From an uncultured virus (IMG/VR IMGVR_UViG_3300021400_004107) (taxonomy: Duplodnaviria; Heunggongvirae; Uroviricota; Caudoviricetes): 64,000 nt of DNA. The DNA is taken from IMG/VR virus record IMGVR_UViG_3300021400_004107. One strand, given 5' to 3'. This document shows, one piece after another, positions 1 through 9,141 of the stretch. The translations under genes were made by a program, and so were the position numbers. The notes under the pieces were generated by a model that did no database searches, was not told where the DNA came from, and was given only the letters and a program-made list of their open reading frames with translations. Position 1 is the first letter of the stretch, and every line of letters starts with the position of its first letter.

Positions 1-14
1 ACCAAAAAAGGCAC

Positions 15-425
15 TTTTTTCGACAGAGCCGTTAGTGAAATTGCATAGTGAGCACTCTTTCTTTTACAGCACGTTGCACAATAAATGTAACGAGATGTGT
101 AAATCTGCACGGTACTGTGCAATACTGTGCAGCAATACTGTGCAGTGCCTGAAAGCCTTGTGCCATAAGGCTTTGCGGGTTTTATCAAATTTTATTGCGA
201 AATACTGTGCAGTATACTGTGCAGGGGCCTCAAAGCCTTTGTTTTCAAGGATTTGTGCTATCTACTGCACAGTATATCTCCATTTTTCTCTAAAAACTTT
301 TTCCGGAAGTGTGCATAGCCTTAGGAAATTTATAGCGAAATACTGTGCATACTGTGCAGTTCCGCTTCCTTACCTTGGGCAAAGCCCCGCGCTGCAAGGG
401 TTTGCGTTGCTGCACAGTATTGCTG
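15..425. repeat. Iteron-like region, copy A (many ACTGTGCA/TGCACAGT motifs in both orientations plus imperfect inverted repeats); putative replication origin
   Basis: About 10 ACTGTGCA-type motifs; colinear similar copy at 52709-53119. Confidence 0.7.
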
Positions 426-714
426 CACAGTATGGATTTTCGCTGTTTTCCAAAGTTTTCATCCGAGAATATGTATTTCGTATTGTGTTTGATCGAGGAA
501 CTCCTGCAAAATTGTCCCATTAAAGGGATTAAAGCGAGGATTTTGGCCTTTTTTGGATCCTAAAAGCGCCTTAACTGTCACTTAAGGACTTATGAGCCCT
601 TTCTAGCGGCGCTCAGTATATACGCTATAATTAAGATAGCATTCTTGTAAAGGAATGCATGAGGAGTCACATAGCGTGGCTCCTTTTTTATTACTATTTT
701 TTGGAGGTGATCTC

Positions 715-993
715 ATGGATGTTATAGCATCCAATTCTAAAGATAACCCACACTATTTAGAGCTCAGCTCTATTGATCTTCATGCCTTTATGAAGGCTGT
801 GGATCAGTGCAAAGGTCCGGTTATCATGTTTACTGACGAGGGAGATAAGTTCAACTTGAAGAGTACCCTCTCCAAGGCGATGGGATTCCTGTCGCTTGTC
901 GAAGGCGGTCGCTTTGCCGGGGCTAAGGTCTACTGCCCGGAAGAGGAAGACGTTACTCTTCTGTTCAGGCTCGGTCTCTTCGGAGCATCGTAA
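715..993 (+). CDS. Small protein, possibly HPr-like fold
   Basis: GGAGGTG RBS before ATG 715; F..AV..CKGPV.....GD.FNLKS pattern. Confidence 0.45.
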   Translation: MDVIASNSKDNPHYLELSSIDLHAFMKAVDQCKGPVIMFTDEGDKFNLKSTLSKAMGFLSLVEGGRFAGAKVYCPEEEDVTLLFRLGLFGAS

Positions 994-1093
994 CAGAAAG
1001 GTTATACGTTTGTAATCTTATTGGCTCCGCCCTTTGCGATAAACGAAGGTGCGGGCCTCTTCTTTTATTCAAAATTTACGGAGGTATCAGTCT

Positions 1094-1357
1094 ATGTTTA
1101 TTACTCTTAAAAATGGAAATCACGCTGAAATATCAAAGACCGAGGCCGAGAGGATCGCGCTCCAGGTCTCGTCGGACGAGAGAACTATGATCAAAGCTTG
1201 CCTCGCGGAACGCTATGGCAAGGAGGTCGCCGGATGCACTGATCTCGTTAGCGCGGTGCTCGAGTATTACCACGGTGCTCTGGTTGAAGAGAGCCCTGAA
1301 GAAGCTCTCAAAGACGCTGTAGAATGCGTCAATGTTGTCACATTCATGTCCAGATAA
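1094..1357 (+). CDS. Hypothetical protein
   Basis: GGAGGT RBS before ATG 1094. Confidence 0.6.
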   Translation: MFITLKNGNHAEISKTEAERIALQVSSDERTMIKACLAERYGKEVAGCTDLVSAVLEYYHGALVEESPEEALKDAVECVNVVTFMSR

Positions 1358-1382
1358 TCTTATTATTCGCAGGAGGCCCGCC

Positions 1383-2315
1383 TTGACTTATATATCTTCG
1401 AACAACTGGTTCAGACCCGGCGATGCGCCCGGTCCCGAGGACCTTATCTCGCCTTGGTATGTTACTTCCGAGTCTGAAGTGACTGCTGAGAAGGTCGAGG
1501 ATTTCTTAAGCGTCACAGGTGGGAAGCTTCCTTCTGCCTGTAAGGACTATGAAGAGCTTGCCTCGGCTATACGTACTGCTTGGAAGGGGCATCTCGTTGA
1601 CAGGTTCGTGCCCAGGGAGAGAGGTTTCGTACTTCTCGATAACCTGGCCAAGTTTGCCTGTGACAATTGGAATGCCATTGCTTGTTACAAGGCCTTGTCT
1701 CCTTCAGCGAGACCTAACTGCTATCTTTCAAGGCGCGGTAATGTGCCGGGCATTGTGTACGGAAACAAGTTCCTCTTTATGAGGAATAGCAAGTGGACCT
1801 ATGACCCTGACTTTGACGCCAAGGACTTGCCCCCGATGTCGGATTTCGCCTTTAAGCGCAAGTTTGATGATGCGGACCAGTACCTGACTTCACTTCGCTC
1901 GCTCACCGACTTCAGGACGGTGGTCGCGGTCGATTCCCAGTGTGTCTCGGGGCTCATGTCAGTCATAAGACAGCTGTCGTCCGACAGCGCCGTGAGGCCT
2001 GTGGTCGTATATGTCGGCGTGCCTGACGCGGTGGTGAGGACGAAGATCGCTGCGCTCAGTCAGTATGCCGAAGTCTTCGTCTGCGAGACGCCGGGGCTGC
2101 TGCCTATATGCATAGGGTGTAACCGTTCCGTACTGGTTACTTCGGACCCTGATCTGTGTGACATTGCAGCATCAGGCGGTGTCAAAGTCGTGGCATACTG
2201 CGATAGAGGAGTGCAGGGCGAGTTCCCTAAAGCCATGATGTTCGCAGAGCCTGGGGCTGAGGACACGATAACCACGAGCAGTCTGTCTCGGTTGTTCGGG
2301 CTCGGCAGAGGGTGA
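1383..2315 (+). CDS. Hypothetical protein
   Basis: Long ORF; AGGAGG RBS before in-frame TTG 1383. Confidence 0.6.
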   Translation: MTYISSNNWFRPGDAPGPEDLISPWYVTSESEVTAEKVEDFLSVTGGKLPSACKDYEELASAIRTAWKGHLVDRFVPRERGFVLLDNLAKFACDNWNAIACYKALSPSARPNCYLSRRGNVPGIVYGNKFLFMRNSKWTYDPDFDAKDLPPMSDFAFKRKFDDADQYLTSLRSLTDFRTVVAVDSQCVSGLMSVIRQLSSDSAVRPVVVYVGVPDAVVRTKIAALSQYAEVFVCETPGLLPICIGCNRSVLVTSDPDLCDIAASGGVKVVAYCDRGVQGEFPKAMMFAEPGAEDTITTSSLSRLFGLGRG

Positions 2316-2319
2316 GTGA

Positions 2320-2408
2320 GTGTGCGGCGGCGCTGTGTGGCGCGTTCGCGGTGGATGTCAGACTCGGTTTGATCAATCTGCGATTGAGACTCTTTAACCA
2401 GCATACTG
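2320..2408. repeat. 89-bp structured intergenic element, copy 1
   Basis: 87/89 identical to 57996-58084; the two differences are compensatory in a hairpin. Confidence 0.85.
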
Positions 2409-2439
2409 CGTGTTAGAGAGACTTTTGTATAGAAAGATA

Positions 2440-2468
2440 TTGAAAAAATACGAAAGGGTAGTTATATT
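2440..2468 (+). promoter_or_regulatory. sigmaA-type promoter
   Basis: TTGAAA-17 nt-TATATT. Confidence 0.6.
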
Positions 2469-2475
2469 AAATATA

Positions 2476-2680
2476 GGGAACAGGAAGACCGGCTCTTACG
2501 AGTTCTTAATCCTGTTACTACCGGACTGGTTCACGGGATGCTGGCTCAACCGGCTGGCTGTGACTCGGGCCGTAGAAGTGCCGTAAAGGTGTAAGTCGTT
2601 CGGGACGCCGGACGCAGCGGATAAGCTTCTTGAACCCGGTAAGTTAACCCCTGTAGGAGGAAGGCTTCCTGCAACGTATC
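2476..2680 (+). ncRNA. Putative structured leader or antitoxin RNA
   Basis: Stems AACAGGA/TCCTGTT, TACCGG/CCGGTA, GGTTCA/TGAACC and a 3' hairpin at 2652-2673; no ORF. Confidence 0.4.
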
Positions 2681-2694
2681 TTGAGGTAGTGAAT

Positions 2695-3339
2695 ATGAAC
2701 AGATCGTGCTATAACGTCGAGATCGGCGATTTTGTTTTCATTAAGGAGCGTTGGCTCCATAAAGACAGACAGTCGTTGCATAACCATGTTAACGAAGACA
2801 AAGACCGACCTTTTTTGGTTATAGGTTACGCCAATGATAATCCTGACGTCTTATTAACGGTCCCGTTGACACATAGCTTGAACTTAGTGCTTCGCGATTT
2901 GAAAGATGCTGTCGAGGACGAGGTAACATCTTCTGCGGCCCCTTTTGCTTTTTTCTGTTCGACGAGTAACAATCGAAGCGGACGTGTTGTGGACGGGGCC
3001 TTGCTAATGGCCAAAGCGATCGCTGTTCCGAGACTTGAACAGTATTGTGAATTGGCTTATAAGTCTGCCGATCTGCGATTGGAACCGTTAGAGGCACCTA
3101 ATGGGCATAAGTATCCGACTAAAGCTTCGATGATATATGCCCGGGAGCTCTTTGCGGAAATCAAGGAACGCTATTCGAATTATGTTCTTCCGCGATATAC
3201 GGTACCGAATTCGCTAAACGCTCTGTGTGGTCATGTCTCTCATGCCTCAAGTATGCATTTTACAAAGACAAATATACCAAGGCTTGTAAAGCTGGCTGAG
3301 TGTGAGTTGGCGAAATCTCAGCAGAAAGGATTAGTATGA
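2695..3339 (+). CDS. PemK/ToxN-like endoribonuclease candidate
   Basis: GD.VFI...K.RPFLVIG...LLTVPLTH motif pattern of the PemK/MazF/type III toxin fold. Confidence 0.45.
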   Translation: MNRSCYNVEIGDFVFIKERWLHKDRQSLHNHVNEDKDRPFLVIGYANDNPDVLLTVPLTHSLNLVLRDLKDAVEDEVTSSAAPFAFFCSTSNNRSGRVVDGALLMAKAIAVPRLEQYCELAYKSADLRLEPLEAPNGHKYPTKASMIYARELFAEIKERYSNYVLPRYTVPNSLNALCGHVSHASSMHFTKTNIPRLVKLAECELAKSQQKGLV

Positions 3340-3572
3340 GAGATTACACTAAGGAAATATATCGAGACAAGGAAGCCCCTGAGGCTCTTCCTACTGAGAA
3401 TGTTTGCCGTTTGCTGGACAAGGTGACGACTTTAGTTTCACGCCTCGAGCGTCACGACGAGAACGACGACTTTGTTATCGGCGATTTATACGGAGCCATC
3501 GATAACTTTAGAACTTCGATTGGGTTGCCCACACTCGATGAGCAAGACGATCTTGACGGTAAGAACGATTAA
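3336..3572 (+). CDS. Small acidic hypothetical protein (possible antitoxin)
   Basis: ATGA overlap with upstream gene. Confidence 0.55.
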   Translation: MRDYTKEIYRDKEAPEALPTENVCRLLDKVTTLVSRLERHDENDDFVIGDLYGAIDNFRTSIGLPTLDEQDDLDGKND

Positions 3573-3622
3573 GAAAAAGACGTACGACTCTTTGGGCCGT
3601 AGATACAAATAACGAACACTGA

Positions 3623-3649
3623 CGCTGACTTTCACAGTCGGCGTTTTTT
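3623..3649 (+). terminator. Rho-independent terminator
   Basis: GACGCTGAC..GTCGGCGTT hairpin followed by T-tract. Confidence 0.6.
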
Positions 3650-3674
3650 ATTGCAACGAAAGTGGGAAATAATA

Positions 3675-4508
3675 ATGGCAGTAACTAAGATCTGGGCGGT
3701 ACACAGTAATGTGGATACGGTAGCCGGTTATGACATCAATGCTCTTAAAACAGAGTTCGATGAACGAAGCCTGGTTGATTCTTTATCCCTTGTAACCGAT
3801 CCGCTTAAAACCATTGACGGCAAACTTATTGCCGGGATCAATTGCGATCCGCTTCATGCTGCCGACGACTTTAATGCAGTTAAGGAGAAGTTCGGGAAGA
3901 CGGAAGGGGTGCTTGCCTATCATGGATATGTGTCCTTTCCTAATTCGGACAAGATCAACCCGATAGATGTTTTATCGGTAAGCAATGAGATAGCAACCGA
4001 GATGTGGGGCGAGTCGTTTCAGGTCTTACTTGCCGTTCACACTAATACAGAAACGTTGCACTCGCATTTCCTTGTGAATTCCGTCTCGTTCATCGACGGG
4101 CACAAGGCTACTGATAATGAAAAGAATTATTACAGGCTTCGAGCTGTGACGGACAGGATCTGCGGCAAGTACGATCTGCTGATACCCGTTCCGTCTAACA
4201 AAGCCGATATAGATTACAGACAACTCGAAAAACTCCTGGTCGACATTCGGATGAAGAGTCCGACAGTGGAACTTCTTAAGGCGAACTTGCTTAAAGAAGG
4301 TCTTACTTATTGCGGACCTGAATACATCAAGCTAAAGACCGGTAAATATCTAAAGCTCAGCAAGATCGGGCCGAGCATTGCTAAGTTATTCGAGTATAAG
4401 ACCGTAGACAATGTTGCCGCAATTGAGTCCCGTCGTGATGACAAGACTCCTGCTGCTCCTGACCTCGGTCGCGGAAGAAACTTCGGTTATGAATTTAACA
4501 GGGGGTAA
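3675..4508 (+). CDS. Relaxase/mobilisation nuclease (MOBP-type)
   Basis: MAVTKIW start; AYHGYVSF and HTNTETLHSHFLVNSVSF HUH motifs. Confidence 0.85.
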   Translation: MAVTKIWAVHSNVDTVAGYDINALKTEFDERSLVDSLSLVTDPLKTIDGKLIAGINCDPLHAADDFNAVKEKFGKTEGVLAYHGYVSFPNSDKINPIDVLSVSNEIATEMWGESFQVLLAVHTNTETLHSHFLVNSVSFIDGHKATDNEKNYYRLRAVTDRICGKYDLLIPVPSNKADIDYRQLEKLLVDIRMKSPTVELLKANLLKEGLTYCGPEYIKLKTGKYLKLSKIGPSIAKLFEYKTVDNVAAIESRRDDKTPAAPDLGRGRNFGYEFNRG

Positions 4509-4514
4509 TTTTGT

Positions 4515-6131
4515 ATGGCAAGACAGGATAGTACGATCTACAACATTTTGAAGTCGATGCAAACTCAAACAAATATGTTAGGTCAAGAATTCAATGCCAT
4601 AGGGCGATCTATCGGGGACGAAGATACCGGTGCAGCGCTGAACCTTGCTACTTTGGGTTTGGTCCTCAGTCTTGGGGCTATTGCAGGAGGTGTCGGGCTT
4701 GCTCTAAAGAACAAAGACGAGCAGACTAAAGAGTTTTTCAGCAAGGCCTTGCAGTACGGCGGCCTCGGTGATCCGATGGATGAGACCGGAGCGGTACTTC
4801 CCGAGCATTCGCTTTTGGCTAAGATGGGGCTTAGTAAGGAAACTGTCAATAGAAACGAGAAGAAAAACTTCAAGACTATTTATAAAAGTTCTCTTGAGAA
4901 CTTGCAAGAAAATCTCCGAAGCACTCAGGACACGACTGTTCAGCGTGCTTTGACTTCAAAGAATTTGTGGCAGAGTTTCACCTTCTGTCATCAGTGTAAC
5001 AAGAATCAGCTTTTCTTCGCAGTTGACGGTAAGTGGCCGCCTTCTTTCCAGATCAATCTTCAGGGTGTTTCCGAAGACGAGATTAGACAGCTGAAGAAGA
5101 CTCTGGTCAAGTGCGGAGTCACGATGGAAGCGTCGACTGCCCAGAATAAAGATGGCTTCTTTAACATCGGCGGTGATTATGAAGCACTTACCAAAGCCGC
5201 TGACAAACTTGAAGACAGCGGTATCGTGTTCAACATAGACGTCGGTAACGGTGAGTTCGATGACTTCAAGGCCTCTGACGCTTTACGCAAGCATCGTGAC
5301 GATCACACCTTGATGCTTAACGTAGCTGTAGATGATAAAGATTATAAAACTCTCAAAGGCTATTCGAAGAACTTCGGTGCGAAATTCATAGAAAGTGAGA
5401 CCGATTTCGGAGCCTTTGATCTGGGCAGTGAGACTATTGAGTCCCTTGAGGCTAAGCTGGGCGATGGTTTCAAGATCAATGACTTAGGTGGGGGCAAGGT
5501 ATCCATCAAGGGTCTTGCTTCCAAACTAAAAGGAGTGGATCCCGAACAGTTTAAGAATCTTGCCGGATTTGCAGACAAGATTAAGGACGTAGCAAGTGGC
5601 GCTTTAAAGACCACGGTCGCAGTTTATTGCCCGACTGGTTTCGACGGCTTGATGAAACTCATGTTCGTAGCAAACAGCCGTTTGGGCGGTGTCTGGGGCG
5701 ACGGTAAGATGGCAGAGACTGTTAAACAGCAGATGCGCAGATTTGCCGAGAACCTGACCTTGGATCCGAAAAGGGCTAATCTCAGTCTTTATTACGGTGA
5801 GAAGTCCGGCGCAGCAAAGTTCGACAGAACACTTAACACTCTCGTTCTCGACGAAGAGATGGCTCAGATGTTCGGTGTGGACATGACAGGCCCCGACGGC
5901 AGACCGAATCACGCGTTCTTTGATGCGGGTGGTAACTGTAAAGTTGTCAACTTGCTTGACCGAGAGAGACAGACCGAGTTTACAAGGCGCTCTCAGGAAG
6001 AACTTTTGGCAGGTCTCGCAGATCTGCTTAAGAATACAACTCCGGTTCCTCAAGGTACTTCCAATGCGTTTAGCGGCGGTGCCCTTGAGCAGTTGGGACA
6101 AGGCTTCGGCAGATTTACAGAAGGGAAGTGA
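4515..6131 (+). CDS. Conjugation-region hypothetical protein with N-terminal hydrophobic segment
   Basis: 538-aa ORF in transfer operon. Confidence 0.6.
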   Translation: MARQDSTIYNILKSMQTQTNMLGQEFNAIGRSIGDEDTGAALNLATLGLVLSLGAIAGGVGLALKNKDEQTKEFFSKALQYGGLGDPMDETGAVLPEHSLLAKMGLSKETVNRNEKKNFKTIYKSSLENLQENLRSTQDTTVQRALTSKNLWQSFTFCHQCNKNQLFFAVDGKWPPSFQINLQGVSEDEIRQLKKTLVKCGVTMEASTAQNKDGFFNIGGDYEALTKAADKLEDSGIVFNIDVGNGEFDDFKASDALRKHRDDHTLMLNVAVDDKDYKTLKGYSKNFGAKFIESETDFGAFDLGSETIESLEAKLGDGFKINDLGGGKVSIKGLASKLKGVDPEQFKNLAGFADKIKDVASGALKTTVAVYCPTGFDGLMKLMFVANSRLGGVWGDGKMAETVKQQMRRFAENLTLDPKRANLSLYYGEKSGAAKFDRTLNTLVLDEEMAQMFGVDMTGPDGRPNHAFFDAGGNCKVVNLLDRERQTEFTRRSQEELLAGLADLLKNTTPVPQGTSNAFSGGALEQLGQGFGRFTEGK

Positions 6132-6137
6132 CTTTAG

Positions 6138-6782
6138 ATGCCTAAAAGTATTGTAAGAACTATGTACGGTGTCGGAATAGAAGCATACGGAGAGAGCCAG
6201 GATAACTTAGTCCTGGTTCATTCTTTATATAACAACTATATCTTGACCCACAGACGCACTCTCAACAAGGAGTCCTTGAAGAATCCGCCTTTCACGACAA
6301 GACGAGGTGGTGACAGTTCAAAGCAGTCTTTTGTCCTCTTTATTCCTAACGATAAGGAAGGAGCTATGCTCAAGGCTCTTCACGAGGTCGGTGCTGCGTG
6401 TTCTATGTGGTCCGGTTTCGGTGAGAACTCCAAGACATTGTTCCTTGTCGACGAGCCTGACGTGGCCGAGCGTGCCGCTAAAATGGCAGGAGTCGAGCTC
6501 AGTAAAGAGGACTATATAACGATCATATTTACTGACGAGGGTCTCCAGGAGGCCTCTCTTGGCGACAGCATAGGGCTCGTGGATGTGCGTGGGGTGGGAG
6601 AGAGCCTGATTTTTGCTATCGGATTCCTGCATCTGCTTGAAAGCGAGGGTTGGACTTATCCGGCATTGCCCGAACGGTTCTTCTCACCGCAGGAGTTCAA
6701 CGAGTTTAAGGAAAGGAGCAAGCTCGAGAGTGAACTCGTATCCGAGTATAACGATCTCGCGCTGAGTCAGTATGCAGAATAA
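6138..6782 (+). CDS. Hypothetical protein upstream of coupling protein
   Basis: 214-aa ORF overlapping virD4 start. Confidence 0.6.
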   Translation: MPKSIVRTMYGVGIEAYGESQDNLVLVHSLYNNYILTHRRTLNKESLKNPPFTTRRGGDSSKQSFVLFIPNDKEGAMLKALHEVGAACSMWSGFGENSKTLFLVDEPDVAERAAKMAGVELSKEDYITIIFTDEGLQEASLGDSIGLVDVRGVGESLIFAIGFLHLLESEGWTYPALPERFFSPQEFNEFKERSKLESELVSEYNDLALSQYAE

Positions 6783-8622
6783 TCAGAGGAAAAAAGTCTA
6801 TATCAAGTTCGCTTTGTTCCTGGCGCCTTTTGTAGCTATATTCGGCTTTTTGGAAGGTCAGAGCATTGAAGAGAACGGATTCCTTGGTTTCTTAATGAAA
6901 CCCGGCAATGTCTTTATCTACTCGAACGATCTCTTGCCGTCGTTTAAGTGGGCTTTGTGGTTTCTCTTGTTTTTTGCAGGCGCAATGTTCATATTTATTT
7001 CGACCGCGAGCAATTACAGGTTCGGCGAAGAGTACGGTACTTCGGACTGGGGCGATCCGGTCAAGCTTGATAAGAAGTACCATGACCCGGATGACGAATC
7101 CTATAACAAGAGGTTCACAGAGACGTTCTCGCTGTCTTACAACAACAAGTTTGCTCAAAGAAATGCCAATGCATTGATCCTCGGCGGCTCCGGTGCAGGT
7201 AAGACGTTCAGATACGCCATGCCGAACCTTCTGACTGCCGGATGTTCGTTCATTGACGTTGACCCTAAAGGCGAGCACCTCGCTAATGCCGGTAATCGTT
7301 TGGTAGAACTTGGCTACGATGTTAAGGTACTGAACCTGACAAACTTCGAAGAGTCTGACTGTTACAACCCGTTTGTCTATATCAGAGAGAACGAGTATCA
7401 GAGAGACATTGAGAATCTGGTCAACATCATATTCTCTGCAGCAACGAATGGCTCAGAAAATAAGCAGGATCCTTTCTGGGATAACCAGGCTAAGTCAGTC
7501 CTGCTGGCGATCATGTACTATGTTTACTTCGAGTACCCTAAAGCGTCGCAGAACTTCGGTGCTGTTATGGACATTAAGCGCAGGGCTACGATCGTTACAG
7601 GTTCACCGATGCAGCCGTCTGCTCCCACTGAAGCCGATCCGCTGTTTGATGAACTCAAAGCCAGAAACCCTGACCACATTGCTCTGAAGTATTGGAATGA
7701 GTATGCGCCTGCTTCGTCTAACGTCAAGAAGGACGTTGCTTCGACGCTTAACTCGAAGCTGTCTAATTTCAACAATGAAGGCCTTGTCAAACTTACCAGA
7801 TTTGACGACATGGATCTCGGCTCTCTGGGCGACAGAAAGAGGATCATCTTCCTCGTTATTTCTGATACGGACACCTCGCTCAACTTCATTGTTTCGATCT
7901 TCTATTCACAGTTGTTCAATACGCTGTTCAGAGTAGCAGACGAGAAGTATAAGGGTCCGCTTCCGGAGCACGTAGAGATCTTAATGGATGAGTTTGCAAA
8001 TATCAAACTCCCTCAGGACTTCGACAAGGTTTTATCGACAATGCGTTCCAGAAACGTGTCCGCATCGATCATTATTCAGTCTCTGTCACAGCTTAAGGCT
8101 CTGTACGAGAAACAGTGGGAGACGATCATCGACAACTGTGACACGCTCCTGTTCTTAGGCTCGGGCGGTCTTGAGACCGGTAAATACTTCTCGGAGCTCT
8201 TAGGTAAGTACACGCTCGACACAAGAAACTCTTCACAGAACAAAGGAAGACAGGGTTCGATGTCCAATTCCGAACAAAGACTCGGCCGTGAACTTTTGGA
8301 CGCGTCAGAGATCAGACGACTGGATAACGAACTCTCGCTCGTATTTGTTCGAGGCGAGATGCCGATAAAAGACAACAAGATCAACATCGTAGAGGACCCC
8401 GCTTGGGGTCCTTTTATTAAGTATTCGGCTTACGACAGGAAGACCGGTAAGCAGTACGAGGCACCGAATCACCACATGATCGAAGCATTCGACGAGGATT
8501 CGTGCGACCTGCTAGACGAGGTCTCCATCGAGAAGCCGGATGATCTTTATTATTTCGTTTCCCAGGACGAGTTGGACTTAGTGAACTTCTCGCCCAGGAA
8601 AAAGAGACGTAAGAGTGCATAG
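6772..8622 (+). CDS. virD4: Type IV coupling protein VirD4/TraG
   Basis: N-terminal TMs, GGSGAGKT Walker A, DPKGE, DPFWD, LMDEFAN, RSRNVS motifs. Confidence 0.93.
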   Translation: MQNNQRKKVYIKFALFLAPFVAIFGFLEGQSIEENGFLGFLMKPGNVFIYSNDLLPSFKWALWFLLFFAGAMFIFISTASNYRFGEEYGTSDWGDPVKLDKKYHDPDDESYNKRFTETFSLSYNNKFAQRNANALILGGSGAGKTFRYAMPNLLTAGCSFIDVDPKGEHLANAGNRLVELGYDVKVLNLTNFEESDCYNPFVYIRENEYQRDIENLVNIIFSAATNGSENKQDPFWDNQAKSVLLAIMYYVYFEYPKASQNFGAVMDIKRRATIVTGSPMQPSAPTEADPLFDELKARNPDHIALKYWNEYAPASSNVKKDVASTLNSKLSNFNNEGLVKLTRFDDMDLGSLGDRKRIIFLVISDTDTSLNFIVSIFYSQLFNTLFRVADEKYKGPLPEHVEILMDEFANIKLPQDFDKVLSTMRSRNVSASIIIQSLSQLKALYEKQWETIIDNCDTLLFLGSGGLETGKYFSELLGKYTLDTRNSSQNKGRQGSMSNSEQRLGRELLDASEIRRLDNELSLVFVRGEMPIKDNKINIVEDPAWGPFIKYSAYDRKTGKQYEAPNHHMIEAFDEDSCDLLDEVSIEKPDDLYYFVSQDELDLVNFSPRKKRRKSA

Positions 8623-8703
8623 GTCTTAGGTCTCTGATACAAAACCCGGGCTGCGGGGAACGCAGCAGTAAAAGCTTTTATTTACCGAAAGGAGAATTTT
8701 CCT

Positions 8704-9069
8704 ATGTTTGTGAGTAACCTTCTCATGGCAGGTGCGCAGGGCGTAGCTGCCGTAAAAAGCAACCCCGTAGTTGTAGGTGCACAGCTTGTGGCTTACGGCC
8801 AGAACATTATGCAGCTTACTACGGACTTTAAGACTATGGCAGGCAACTTTGCAGGTGTTGTAGCGACTGTTCTCTCTGCGGTTGGTATCATCCTTTGCCT
8901 TTGGGGCGGATTCAATTTCGCTATGTCCCTTGAGGCCCGTGATAACAACCAGAGGATCCAGGGCGCGATCACGTTCTTCTCGGGCATCCTCTTACTCGTT
9001 CTCCCTCAGATCGTCAATACGGTCTCCGGCGGCACGGTAACGGTTACACCGAAAGACATTACGGGCTGA
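8704..9069 (+). CDS. VirB2/pilin-like membrane protein
   Basis: Two TM helices, position after virD4. Confidence 0.65.
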   Translation: MFVSNLLMAGAQGVAAVKSNPVVVGAQLVAYGQNIMQLTTDFKTMAGNFAGVVATVLSAVGIILCLWGGFNFAMSLEARDNNQRIQGAITFFSGILLLVLPQIVNTVSGGTVTVTPKDITG

Positions 9070-9141
9070 TCGTTTGTGGCCCCGTCTTCCAAGCGAGGAC
9101 GGGGCGTTCTTTATTTGTGTGAGAAAGGAGGGTAATACCTC

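Noticed and set aside
35..563. ORFs over the iteron regions (also 52523-53223)
   Set aside because: Translations just mirror the ACTGTGCA repeats (YCA motifs) and lack RBSs; likely spurious
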